Assembly (NCBI RefSeq): GCF_000017845.1
Contig: NC_010546.1
Location: forward strand, 2,100,001 to 2,132,000
Length of the DNA: 32,000 nt
Reading direction: 5' to 3'
Origin: Crocosphaera subtropica ATCC 51142
GTDB taxonomy: Bacteria > Cyanobacteriota > Cyanobacteriia > Cyanobacteriales > Microcystaceae
This document shows, in pieces, positions 1 to 9,623 of this stretch; position 1 is the first letter of the stretch; each line of letters begins with the position of its first letter. The notes below the pieces were generated by a model. That model was given only the letters and a program-made list of their open reading frames with translations, had not been told where the DNA came from and did no database searches. Position numbers and translations under genes: made by a program.

Positions 1-1
1 T

Positions 2-2431
2 ATCGCAGAACATATTATTAACTTACTAAAACGACATAATATTACGGAGATTATTGCCACTTTATACTATCTTCCCGATGTCATGCGAGATTATTTCCAA
101 GATGGCAGAGATTTTGGAGTAGAAATGACCTACGCCGTAGAAGATGAGCAACCCTTAGGCACTGCAGGTTGTGTGAAAAATGTCGAAGACCTTCTACAAG
201 ATACTTTTTTAGTGATTAGTGGGGATAGTATTACCGATTTCGATCTCAGAGAAGCGATCGCCTTTCATCGTCAAAAAAAATCGAAAGCCACCCTTGTTCT
301 GACCCGTGTCCCGAACCCTATGGAGTTTGGGGTGGTCATTACGGATAAAGATAACAGAATTATCCGTTTTCTCGAAAAACCTTCCTCTAGCGAAATTTTC
401 TCCGATACCGTTAATACAGGAACCTACATCTTAGAACCAGAAGTTCTTCAGTATCTCCCTGCCAACGAAGAAAGTGATTTTTCCAAAGATTTATTTCCCC
501 TTCTCCTGGCCAAAGGGGAACCCATGTATGGCTACATTGCCGAAGGGTATTGGTGCGATGTTGGCCATTTAGATGCCTATCGAGAAGCCCAATACGATGC
601 CCTAGAAAAAAAAGTGAAGCTAGAGTTTGCTTATGACGAACAGTCTCCAGGAATTTGGTTGGGGCAAAATACTTATATCGATCCCACGGCTAAAATTGAA
701 CCCCCGGCCCTCATTGGGGATAACTGTCGCATTGGTCCAGGGGTCATCGTCGAACAAGGATGCGTGATGGGGGATAACGTCACCATTGGGGCAGCTTCAG
801 ACTTAAAACGCCCGATTATTTGGAATGGTGTTACCGTTGGCGATGAATCCTATTTAGCGGCTTGTGTCATTGCCAGAGGCACTCGAATTGATCGGCGATC
901 ACAAGTGTTAGAAGGGGCGATTATTGGTCCATTATCTATTTTGGGAGAAGAAGCACAAATTAGCTCAAATGTTCGTGTTTGGCCGAGTAAACGCATCGAA
1001 TCGGGAGCTATCTTGAATATTAATTTAATTTGGGGTAGTACGGCTAATCGCAATCTCTTTGGTCAACGGGGAGTGACTGGACTGGCGAATATTGATATTA
1101 CCCCAGAATTCGCTGTAAAATTAGGGGCGGCCTATGGCTCAACCCTCAAAGCCGGATCGCAAGTGGTGGTATCACGGGATCAACGGGGATTTTCTCGTAT
1201 GATTAGCCGTTCTTTGATTTCTGGGTTGATGTCGGTAGGGATTAATATTCAAAACCTCGAAGCCACTGCTATTCCAATTTCTCGTACCATGACTCCCAAG
1301 TTAGGGGTATCCGGTGGGGTTCATTTACGGGCCCATCCGGATCGCACGGATCATATCTTAATCGAATTTTTTGACGATCAAGGCATTAATATTCCTAAAT
1401 CCCAAGAAAAGAAAATTGAAGGGGCTTATTTTAAAGAAGATTTACGACGGGTGGGTATTCCTGATATTGGTAATATGTCCTATCCAGCGCAAGTGATTGA
1501 TACCTATCGTGAAACCTTTGAGACTCAACTGGATATTGAAAGTATTAGCAACAGTGACCCCAAAATTGTCATTGACTACGTTTATGGGGTGTCAGGGGCG
1601 ATTTTACCCCAACTGCTGACTAAGTTTGGTTGCGATGCGATTGTTCTCAACGCCAGTTTACGTCAAACCACCGTTTCAACGGAGGAAAGGGAGTCTTTAC
1701 TCCATCAATTGGGCCAAGTGGTCGAAGCAGTGAAAGCGAATTTAGGGGCGCAAGTTTCGGCCAATGGAGAACAGTTTATCCTAGTGGATGAATCTGGCCT
1801 CTCTATTCGGGGAGAATGGTTAACCGCTTTGATGGTTAATACGATTTTTACGGCTTATCCTCGCAGTACGGTGGTTGTCCCTGTAGAAGCGTCTAGCGCA
1901 GTGGAACAAATTGCCCGTCGTCACGATGGTAAGGTTATTCGCACGAAATCGAATCCGACTGCATTGATGGAAGCAGCACAAATGAATCCTAACGTCTCTT
2001 TGGGGGGAAGTGGAGACACTGGGTTTATTTTTCCTCAGTTGCATCCGGGGTTTGATGCCATGTTTAGTTTAGCTAAACTATTAGAAATGCTGGCCACTCA
2101 AGAGCGATCGCTGGTACAAATTCAAGCAGAACTACCTCGTATTTGCCATAAATCCTACATTTTACGCTGTCCCTGGAAGGTAAAAGGGGCGTTAATGCGT
2201 TATTTAGTAGAAATTCATAATCCTGAACAACTGGAATTAATCGATGGGGTGAAAATTATTAATCCCCAAAATGATAACTGGGTCTTGATTTTACCCGATG
2301 CAGGAGAACCGTTTGTGCATATTGTGGCTAATAGCGATGATCGGGAATGGGTCGATGTTAATCTTAGGGAATATCGTCAGAAAGTACAGTCTTTTATTGA
2401 ACAAGAACAAGGCGATTTAATTAGTATGTAA
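2..2431 (+). CDS. Sugar-1-phosphate nucleotidyltransferase fused to a phosphomannomutase/phosphoglucomutase-like domain (5' end outside the window)
   Basis: The frame is open from base 2: IAEHIINLLKRHNITEIIATLYYLPDV precedes the first Met at 83, so the listed ORF 83..2431 is N-truncated. It has a nucleotidyltransferase core (LGTAGCVKN, ISGDSITDFDL, EKP, GYWCDVG) and a hexapeptide-repeat stretch (IGDNCRIGPGVIVEQGCVMGDNVTIG). A PGM/PMM-like C-terminal half follows. Confidence 0.85.
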   Translation: MAEHIINLLKRHNITEIIATLYYLPDVMRDYFQDGRDFGVEMTYAVEDEQPLGTAGCVKNVEDLLQDTFLVISGDSITDFDLREAIAFHRQKKSKATLVLTRVPNPMEFGVVITDKDNRIIRFLEKPSSSEIFSDTVNTGTYILEPEVLQYLPANEESDFSKDLFPLLLAKGEPMYGYIAEGYWCDVGHLDAYREAQYDALEKKVKLEFAYDEQSPGIWLGQNTYIDPTAKIEPPALIGDNCRIGPGVIVEQGCVMGDNVTIGAASDLKRPIIWNGVTVGDESYLAACVIARGTRIDRRSQVLEGAIIGPLSILGEEAQISSNVRVWPSKRIESGAILNINLIWGSTANRNLFGQRGVTGLANIDITPEFAVKLGAAYGSTLKAGSQVVVSRDQRGFSRMISRSLISGLMSVGINIQNLEATAIPISRTMTPKLGVSGGVHLRAHPDRTDHILIEFFDDQGINIPKSQEKKIEGAYFKEDLRRVGIPDIGNMSYPAQVIDTYRETFETQLDIESISNSDPKIVIDYVYGVSGAILPQLLTKFGCDAIVLNASLRQTTVSTEERESLLHQLGQVVEAVKANLGAQVSANGEQFILVDESGLSIRGEWLTALMVNTIFTAYPRSTVVVPVEASSAVEQIARRHDGKVIRTKSNPTALMEAAQMNPNVSLGGSGDTGFIFPQLHPGFDAMFSLAKLLEMLATQERSLVQIQAELPRICHKSYILRCPWKVKGALMRYLVEIHNPEQLELIDGVKIINPQNDNWVLILPDAGEPFVHIVANSDDREWVDVNLREYRQKVQSFIEQEQGDLISM

Positions 2432-2563
2432 TCCGAGTTCGGTATTATAAGTAATAATTGAGTCAAGTCTTCTAAAATTCGATATTTTATTGCATGGGTG
2501 GATATTTAAAATCTGTTTGCTTCAACCCAATATTTCTTAATTGTAAAAGGAGCAATATAAAAG

Positions 2564-2635
2564 TGGGTCGCCTGGGATTCGAACCCAAGACCAATCGGTT
2601 AAAAGCCGAGTGCTCTACCGCTGAGCTAGCGACCC
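2564..2635 (-). tRNA. tRNA-Lys (anticodon UUU), 72 nt, CCA not encoded
   Basis: The reverse complement reads GGGTCGC TA GCTC AGCGGTA GAGC A CTCGG CTTTTAA CCGAT TGGTC TTGGG TTCGAAT CCCAG GCGACCC A. The acceptor, D and T arms pair perfectly. The anticodon loop is CU-UUU-AA, with one C:U mismatch at 27:43. Confidence 0.95.
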
Positions 2636-2699
2636 GTTGTGTGTTCCGCACACGATTTACTAATATAGCATAGCTTTTTAGCAAAAGCAAGGATTAATT

Positions 2700-3572
2700 T
2701 TAAAGAGAGGTCACATCTATCTCCACCGTGGCTTCACAGGTTGCCCCAGGTTCGAGTTCAGTGAGGTTTTCTCCGGTACTAATGGCATTGCGAGGCGCAC
2801 TCCAGGGTTCAAAACAGACATATTCTTTGCCCTTAAGGGTCCAGAAGACCATAGTAGAATACTGCTCAGACCATTTGAGACTAATTTTTAGCCCTCTAGC
2901 ACGGTCTTGAATGCTTGCAGAAGACCGTTTCAAGGATTTGAGGGCAACATCAATTTCTTCTTCACTAAAATCAAAGCTTCCATCGTAAGGAATAATTTCT
3001 TTGGTATCTTTAACTTGATAACTAGACGCAGGAATATCTAGACCCAATTTTTCCTTATCTTTAACGAAAAAGTAAGGATGCAAACCAAAAGAAAACGGCA
3101 TTACTTTATCGGATTGATTGATATATTCTTGATAAATTTTTAAGGTTTTCCCCTCTAGTTCGTAGGTAAATTTTAACTCAAACTCAAAAGGATACATTTT
3201 CAGGGTTTCTTCATTACTTTTCAAACTCAAGGTCAGCTTACAACTGGAGTCTGTCGATTGCTCAATCACTTCCCACGGGAAATTTCTCGCCAACCCATGT
3301 TGTTTTAAATGATAAGCTTTCTGCTCGTAAACATATACATTATCCGGTAAATCCCCACAAATAGGAAAGAGAATGGGCGCACCTCCCCTAACGGTTAAGT
3401 CAGGATGAGAAAATCTTTCCTCATCTAAGTAAAAAATATCTTGGCCTTCAATAGACCAACGGGTAATCATTCCGCCCCTCTCAGGAACAACTTCGAGACG
3501 AGACAAGGCACTTTCATCAGAGAGAATGTAAGTAATGTACTGATTTTGTTTGACAGAAATTGAAAAGCTCAT
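2700..3572 (-). CDS. Aldose 1-epimerase (galactose mutarotase-like) family protein
   Basis: 290-aa ORF with mutarotase-fold motifs: GGAPILFPICG, LKQHGLARNFPW, FGLHPYF and FEPWSAP. Confidence 0.8.
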   Translation of the reverse strand: MSFSISVKQNQYITYILSDESALSRLEVVPERGGMITRWSIEGQDIFYLDEERFSHPDLTVRGGAPILFPICGDLPDNVYVYEQKAYHLKQHGLARNFPWEVIEQSTDSSCKLTLSLKSNEETLKMYPFEFELKFTYELEGKTLKIYQEYINQSDKVMPFSFGLHPYFFVKDKEKLGLDIPASSYQVKDTKEIIPYDGSFDFSEEEIDVALKSLKRSSASIQDRARGLKISLKWSEQYSTMVFWTLKGKEYVCFEPWSAPRNAISTGENLTELEPGATCEATVEIDVTSL

Positions 3573-3587
3573 AGTTGTTCTTGATAA

Positions 3588-4292
3588 CTACAATAATCCA
3601 TGGATCAAGTAAAAGGCGAGAACCGCACTACCGAGAGGAACTGTTAAATTATCAATTCCTAACTTAGAAAAGGCTTCTAATCCCATAGCAGCGATAGAAA
3701 CGATTAAAGAAACTATGGCTACCGTTAAGATAGGTTCATCTACCCATAAAAGAATAGCACTGGTCACCAAAAAACTAACTCCCATCATCGTTAATGAGCC
3801 TTCCCAACTTTTTTTAACCCCTAATACTTGATAGGAATGCTTTCCCAACTTTTGCCCAATAATGGCCGCCATTCCATCTCCCCAAGCCATGACTAAAATG
3901 CCGATGGCTAAGTATTGAGGTTGTCCTATGGCCCAAAACCACTGGGTTAACACCCCAATGCTGAGGGCATAAAAAAAAGTCCCTAAGCTTTTGCGTCCTA
4001 CACTATTAATACTCGGTAGAATGGGTAAAAAATAGGAAATTAGGGCGATAATACTCGCAATAAAGGAAGCCCCTATTAGCACCCAAGGGGGCAATTCTAA
4101 CCACCAGGCAATTAACACCACGTTCCCTGAGCCAATATGGACAATTTTTCGGGTAAATTCCGCATCTGTCCCCCTTAAACGGTTGAGTCCCTCAGCTAAG
4201 GCGATAATAGCCCCAAGATAGAGGATAACCAGACTGATAGGATATCCCAGAGATAGCAAAGCGTTAATCAATGGACGTGACTCAGATAGCAA
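3588..4292 (-). CDS. Phytol kinase (VTE5-like; CTP-dependent polyprenol kinase family), TTG start in the ORF track
   Basis: Polytopic membrane protein. TRKIVHIGSGNVVLIAWW, LVMAWGDGMAAIIGQKLGKH, KSWEGSLTM and GIDNLTVPLGSA match my memory of the Synechocystis slr1652 / plant VTE5 family. Confidence 0.75.
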   Translation of the reverse strand: MLSESRPLINALLSLGYPISLVILYLGAIIALAEGLNRLRGTDAEFTRKIVHIGSGNVVLIAWWLELPPWVLIGASFIASIIALISYFLPILPSINSVGRKSLGTFFYALSIGVLTQWFWAIGQPQYLAIGILVMAWGDGMAAIIGQKLGKHSYQVLGVKKSWEGSLTMMGVSFLVTSAILLWVDEPILTVAIVSLIVSIAAMGLEAFSKLGIDNLTVPLGSAVLAFYLIHGLL

Positions 4293-4403
4293 GATAGGGT
4301 AAATTTAACCAGTGAACATACTCATATCAAGTTATATCAATTTTCTAGAATTTTCACAGGCGGTTCCCTTGTGCATCGGCGTGAAAACTCGAAATTATCT
4401 TAG

Positions 4404-5381
4404 CTAAGATTCATTAATCTCTTGATTATCCCTGAATTCACCCTCAGTAACGTTAATATTTTCCAGAGACGTTTCACTAACATTACCACCACTAAAATAA
4501 GCATTGGTGAGATCGGTTTGACTTAAAATAGAACCACTTAAATTAGTCTTGCTTAAAATAGAACGATTCAAAATAGCTTCGCTCAAATTGGCCTCATTCA
4601 AATTGGTATGACTGAGGAGTGAATCGGTTAGAATCGCTCCTTTGAGATTAGCCTGGCTTAAATCTGCGCCAATTAGGTTAACTTCGCTCAAATCTGCCCA
4701 ACAGAGATCCGCTTCTTGCAAGATAGCATCTCCTAAGTCAGCCCCTGTTAAATTAGCTTCTGTCAGATTTGCCCCCATCAGATTGGCTCCTGTTAAGTTA
4801 GCCCCTAACAAATCAGCCCCACTGAGATCAGCCCCCATCAAATTAGCCCCACTGAGATCCGTTCCCATTAAGTTGGCTTCTCTAAGATCCGCTAAGATAA
4901 GGTTGGCATTGCATAAAATAGCCCCACTGAGATTGGCTTCTCTGAAGTCTTGATCGTTACCTCCCTGACTCATAATCCTCTCAATAAGGAGAAACTGGGG
5001 ATCGTTTTCATCAATTTGTTCAGCTAGGTCTTCGAGTTGAAAGGGATGGGTTTTAACTAACTTAAACTGTTTAACAGTAACCCCTGATATCTGAGTTAAT
5101 TTATCGGATGTCAAAAGATCCTGCAATGTTTGTAGGGTATTTTCTGAACCTTCAATTTTGATGGTTAACTCATCTCCTTCGACGTTTTCAATGGTGAGTT
5201 CAATATTTTGGGCTAACTGTTGTAATTGTTCAATAATTTCTTGGACTTTTTTTCTTTTTATTTCAAACTGTACCGCTTCATCAATTAAAAGACTTTCTTG
5301 TAAAATAATTTCAGCAATGGTTGATTCTAAATACAGAGAGGTGTCTGTATCTTCACTATTCGTATTAACTGGAAACATCAT
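4404..5381 (-). CDS. Pentapeptide-repeat protein with an acidic N-terminal domain of unknown function
   Basis: The C-terminal ~170 aa are uninterrupted A(D/N)LxG-type pentapeptides (ANLMGTDLSGANLMGADLSGADLLGANLTGANL...). Confidence 0.9.
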   Translation of the reverse strand: MMFPVNTNSEDTDTSLYLESTIAEIILQESLLIDEAVQFEIKRKKVQEIIEQLQQLAQNIELTIENVEGDELTIKIEGSENTLQTLQDLLTSDKLTQISGVTVKQFKLVKTHPFQLEDLAEQIDENDPQFLLIERIMSQGGNDQDFREANLSGAILCNANLILADLREANLMGTDLSGANLMGADLSGADLLGANLTGANLMGANLTEANLTGADLGDAILQEADLCWADLSEVNLIGADLSQANLKGAILTDSLLSHTNLNEANLSEAILNRSILSKTNLSGSILSQTDLTNAYFSGGNVSETSLENINVTEGEFRDNQEINES

Positions 5382-5430
5382 GGCTTGGCGTTAATTTTAG
5401 TAGTGACTTTTTCTCCTAACATATTTTAGC

Positions 5431-7035
5431 TTATAATGTCCAGACAATGGGTAAATTAGGCATAATTGTTTCATTATTATTGTCAATAACAGTTTCGGAC
5501 TCAAAATCTAAAACTTTTTCAACTTGTTGATAAATTTCCTCTGCTTCTTCTAAGGAATTGCCAATACAAGTTAACCCTAATTTTCCAAATTCTGATAAAG
5601 CACCCATTAAATGAAATACGGTTCCTGTTTTATTACTGGTATCAAAATGTAATCGATATTTAGCAACAATATCCATTAAATCATCGGGCAGTAACCCACA
5701 ATATTGTTGTTTTTGTAAGTTGTCAGAAGCAATATAATATTTAGGGTGATTGTTTTGGGTATAAAACAACCCAGTTGTTTGATCGTAACTTCCATTAGTT
5801 AATAATTTTAAGGTCATAAAAGGATGGGTTGTTCCTCCTTTTCTTAAATTAATTTCAATAGCTTGAATGTCCCATTTTTCTCCTTGCTCAGAAAAATTAC
5901 GAACAGCTAAAAAGTCCACTCCATACCGTTCTATTGCTCCCCTTTGTGCCAATGCTTGGCCAATTTTTAAGCCTAAATCTTGTAAGATATGACGATAAGC
6001 TTCATCAGCCGGAAAACGACAACCTAAATAAATTTGTCCGTCAGGTCCCCCTAAAATTTGATCATGGGTAGAGACAACGGACACTTCTCCATCAGGGGTA
6101 ATATAACCTTGAACGCTGGGAGAACGCTTTTCTTTTCCTTCTATAAAGGCTTCAACAATAGCCCCTAATTCGGGAATTCGACTGGAAAAATTTTCCCAAG
6201 TTTCGTCTTTTGCTTGGAAACTTAATTGTTTTAAACTATTTAAAATAGCTGTTTTAATTTGGGATTCATTAGATAGATGAGAGACATTATTTTTCAGATT
6301 ATCTAAATCTAAGACTGCGTTCCCTTCTCCTGAAAATCCTTCATTGAGTTTAACAACAATTCGGTTTAGATGTGGGTTTCTTTGCCAAAGTTTATAAAGT
6401 TCTAGGACTAAATCATCAACATTATTTACTAAACGACTGCCATCAGGGTGAGGAATTAAACATTCTGAAAAAATTTCTCGACTGCCACTTTTTGACCCCC
6501 AATAAATGAGTTGTGGAGAAGCTGCAAACAGGGGAACATCTAATTTTAAAGAGAGTTCTTGCTCTAAATGAGTGGCATTAAAACAAACCATATAAGATTT
6601 ATTCGGACGTAAAGCCCTGCGAATTTTTTCTACTAAGCGAGGACGTTCTAAAATTTTTTGGGTTAAGGGCTTAAATGAGTTATCATAAGTCGTAAGTAAA
6701 AGTAAGCGATCGCGAGCATGGGAAAAAGGAATTCCTGGTAATAATTGTAGATAATATTCAATAATAATTGGGGATAAAGGTTGTCCAGTGACATAAATTA
6801 ATCGTGTTTTCGGATTTCGTAAACGAATTAAGGAGAATAAAAGACGTTCTTCGTAATGAAGAAATCCAGCAACTTTTTGACCGACTCGCTGATCAATACT
6901 AAAAGAAGGAACGACTAAAATATCATAACCATCCTGCTCAAATAGGTCTTTTCCTTGCCAATATTGTCGTAATTTATCTTGAAGTTTATTAAAATTTTCA
7001 ACTTGAAAATCATCGATTTTTTTGACACTGCTCAT
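5431..7035 (-). CDS. ATP-grasp-like carboxylate-amine ligase family protein (PGM1-type peptide-ligase-related); function unknown
   Basis: Long clean 534-aa ORF. The segment VVKLNEGFSGEGNAV ... VEAFIEG ... FLAV...WDIQAIEINLRKGGTTHP resembles an ATP-grasp nucleotide-binding core. The family call is from memory only. Confidence 0.55.
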   Translation of the reverse strand: MSSVKKIDDFQVENFNKLQDKLRQYWQGKDLFEQDGYDILVVPSFSIDQRVGQKVAGFLHYEERLLFSLIRLRNPKTRLIYVTGQPLSPIIIEYYLQLLPGIPFSHARDRLLLLTTYDNSFKPLTQKILERPRLVEKIRRALRPNKSYMVCFNATHLEQELSLKLDVPLFAASPQLIYWGSKSGSREIFSECLIPHPDGSRLVNNVDDLVLELYKLWQRNPHLNRIVVKLNEGFSGEGNAVLDLDNLKNNVSHLSNESQIKTAILNSLKQLSFQAKDETWENFSSRIPELGAIVEAFIEGKEKRSPSVQGYITPDGEVSVVSTHDQILGGPDGQIYLGCRFPADEAYRHILQDLGLKIGQALAQRGAIERYGVDFLAVRNFSEQGEKWDIQAIEINLRKGGTTHPFMTLKLLTNGSYDQTTGLFYTQNNHPKYYIASDNLQKQQYCGLLPDDLMDIVAKYRLHFDTSNKTGTVFHLMGALSEFGKLGLTCIGNSLEEAEEIYQQVEKVLDFESETVIDNNNETIMPNLPIVWTL

Positions 7036-7126
7036 TATTTTAGTCGTGGGGAGATAGTTATTACTGTAATTATATTGCTTGATTCATTTTTATTGTATAG
7101 TAATCATAGTTTAACAAGTCAAAATT

Positions 7127-7558
7127 ATGACATTTCGTAACCCTATTCCTACTGTTGATATTATCATCGAACTAATCGATCAACCCCATCGACCTATTAT
7201 TTTAATAGAACGTAAAAATGCCCCTTATGGATGGGCGTTACCAGGAGGGTTTGTAGACTATGGCGAAACAGTAGAAAATGCAGCGTATCGAGAAGCTAAA
7301 GAAGAAGTTAATTTATCGGTTAATTTAATTGAACAATTCCATGTTTATTCTAATCCTGATCGAGATGAACGTAAACATACCATGAGTATTGTTTTTCTTG
7401 CTACTGCAACAGGACAACCTCAGGCAGCAGACGATGCTAAAAATGCTCGTATTTTTGATCTTTGGGAACTACCCAAAAATCTTTGCTTTGACCATGATAA
7501 GATTTTAAAAGATTATCGAAATTATCGCTACTATAAGGTACGTCCTCGTTTAATTTAA
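7127..7558 (+). CDS. NUDIX hydrolase
   Basis: The Nudix box GX5EX7REUXEEXGU is visible as [23 protein letters not shown]. Confidence 0.9.
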   Translation: MTFRNPIPTVDIIIELIDQPHRPIILIERKNAPYGWALPGGFVDYGETVENAAYREAKEEVNLSVNLIEQFHVYSNPDRDERKHTMSIVFLATATGQPQAADDAKNARIFDLWELPKNLCFDHDKILKDYRNYRYYKVRPRLI

Positions 7559-7560
7559 TT

Positions 7561-8814
7561 ATGTTATTTTTAGGGATTGATTTTGGAACTTCAGGGGCGA
7601 GAGGCATTATTATTAATGACAATGAAGAAATTATCACTCAAGTTAATCATTCCTTTTCTAATCAAAACACTAATAATTTAGCTAAACAGTGGAAAGATAC
7701 CCTTTATCTTCTTCTCAAGGAAATTCCAATAGATGTTAGAAAAGAAATTAAAGCAATTTCTATTAATGGAACGTCTTCGACTGTTTTATTATGTGATAGT
7801 AAAGGAGAACCAATAGAGCAACCCATTTTATACAATGAGGCAAAAAACGTAACTATTTTAGATAGTTTTCAAACCATTATTCCTGAGCATCATCTTGTTA
7901 AAAGTTCCACTTCCAGTTTAGTTAAACTCTTGTGGTGGTATCACACAAAAAAAATAAAACCTCTGGCTTATTTTTTACATCAAGCAGACTGGTTAGGATT
8001 TTTATTACATGGAAAACTAGGTATTAGCGATTATCATAATGCTTTAAAACTGGGTTACGATGTGGAAAATTTATGTTATCCTGACTGGTTAAAAACCTTA
8101 CCTATTAACTCAGTATTACCTCAAGTTTTACCCCCAGGAACTCCTGTAGAAACAGTCAACCATGATATCGTTCAACGCTTTAACTTTCCTAAACATTGTC
8201 GAGTTTGTACAGGAACAACGGATAGTATTGCTGCTTTTTTAGCGAGTGGGGCAAAACACCCAGGAGAAGCAGTAACCTCTTTAGGTTCTACCTTAGTTTT
8301 GAAATTATTAAGTAACACTCGTATTGAAGATATTTCATCAGGAATTTATAGCCATCGTTTGGGTAATTTATGGTTAACAGGGGGGGCATCTAACACAGGT
8401 GGTGCCGTATTAAAACATTTTTTTAGGGATGAAGCGTTAGAACAATTAAGTCAACAAATCAATATTAATCAACCCACGACATTAGACTATTATCCCCTCT
8501 TAAAACCTGGAGAAAGATTCCCCATTAATAATCCTAACTTAGTCCCCAAACTTGAGCCAATACCTGAAAATAAAGTAGAATTTTTGCAAGGTTTACTCGA
8601 AAGTATAGCTAAAATTGAAGCATTAGGCTATGAAAAATTACAAGCTTTAGGAGCAACCCCTGTGACCCAACTTTATACCGCAGGAGGGGGAGCAAAAAAT
8701 GAAAATTGGGCTAAAATAAGACAGCATTATTTACAAGTGCCTGTGAAAATTTCATCTCAAACGGAAGCAGCTTATGGCACAGCTTTATTAGCTAAACGAA
8801 GTCAAAATAATTAA
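7561..8814 (+). CDS. FGGY-family carbohydrate kinase (xylulokinase/ribulokinase-like)
   Basis: N-terminal LGIDFGTSGARG and C-terminal YTAGGGAKNENW FGGY signatures. It starts 2 nt after the NUDIX stop. Confidence 0.85.
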   Translation: MLFLGIDFGTSGARGIIINDNEEIITQVNHSFSNQNTNNLAKQWKDTLYLLLKEIPIDVRKEIKAISINGTSSTVLLCDSKGEPIEQPILYNEAKNVTILDSFQTIIPEHHLVKSSTSSLVKLLWWYHTKKIKPLAYFLHQADWLGFLLHGKLGISDYHNALKLGYDVENLCYPDWLKTLPINSVLPQVLPPGTPVETVNHDIVQRFNFPKHCRVCTGTTDSIAAFLASGAKHPGEAVTSLGSTLVLKLLSNTRIEDISSGIYSHRLGNLWLTGGASNTGGAVLKHFFRDEALEQLSQQININQPTTLDYYPLLKPGERFPINNPNLVPKLEPIPENKVEFLQGLLESIAKIEALGYEKLQALGATPVTQLYTAGGGAKNENWAKIRQHYLQVPVKISSQTEAAYGTALLAKRSQNN

Positions 8815-8838
8815 ACTATTAATAGGAGTAAATGAAAG

Positions 8839-9603
8839 ATGATGATGGAATTATACTTAAGCAATTCTTGGATTATTGGCCTTATTGTTAATAGTATTTT
8901 GATCATTTTTGCTTTTGTCGTCCCCAAAAAATTATTAACAATTAATGGGTATCTCAATGCTTGGATTTTAGGGGTAATTGTTTGGGGAACCTTGAGTTGG
9001 CCAGGGTATGCAGTGGTCATGTTTTACTTCTTAGTTGGTTCAGGGGTAACTAAAATTGGTATGGAGGAAAAAGAAGCTGCTGGAATTGCTGAAAAACGTT
9101 CAGGAATGCGGGGTCCAGAAAATGTTTGGGGTTCAGCCTTAATTGCTACAGTTTGCGCTTTAGGAACCCTATTGGTTGATGCTCCTTGGACCCAATTATT
9201 TCTATTAGGTTATGTAGCTAGTTTCAGCACCAAATTATCCGATACCACCGCTTCAGAAGTGGGTAAAGCCTATGGAAAACGCACCTTTTTAATTACGACT
9301 TTAAAACCGGTTTCCCCAGGCACAGAAGGAGCAATTAGTTTAGAAGGAACCCTAGCTGGAATTGTGGCATCTGGGGTCATTGCTTTGGTGGGTTATTTAG
9401 TCGGATTGATTAATTTAATGGGCATTGTTTATTGTATCATTGCTGCTTTTATTGCGACTAATTTAGAGAGTTTAATTGGGGCTACATTGCAAGAAAATTT
9501 AGAATGGATGACCAATGAAATAGTGAACATTATTAATACATTAATTGGGGCTGTTGTTGCTATTGTTTTAGCTTGGCTGGCCATCAATTTTATGACTCTA
9601 TAA
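8839..9603 (+). CDS. DUF92/TMEM19-family integral membrane protein (the family of plant VTE6 phytyl-phosphate kinase)
   Basis: Multi-pass membrane protein with GSGVTKIG, AEKRSGMRGPENVWGSA, STKLSDTTASEVGKAYGK and PGTEGAISLEGTLAG, which are typical DUF92 blocks. Confidence 0.7.
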   Translation: MMMELYLSNSWIIGLIVNSILIIFAFVVPKKLLTINGYLNAWILGVIVWGTLSWPGYAVVMFYFLVGSGVTKIGMEEKEAAGIAEKRSGMRGPENVWGSALIATVCALGTLLVDAPWTQLFLLGYVASFSTKLSDTTASEVGKAYGKRTFLITTLKPVSPGTEGAISLEGTLAGIVASGVIALVGYLVGLINLMGIVYCIIAAFIATNLESLIGATLQENLEWMTNEIVNIINTLIGAVVAIVLAWLAINFMTL

Positions 9604-9623
9604 AGCGTGGATCATAATAAAAA

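Noticed and set aside
2487-2690. 67-aa minus-strand ORF
   Set aside because: It overlaps the tRNA-Lys gene, and the ORF is an artefact of the tRNA sequence.
4642-4953. 103-aa + strand ORF (SAPIKLAP... repeats)
   Set aside because: It is the antisense mirror of the pentapeptide-repeat coding region. Its periodicity is inherited from the real minus-strand gene, and it has no independent start context.
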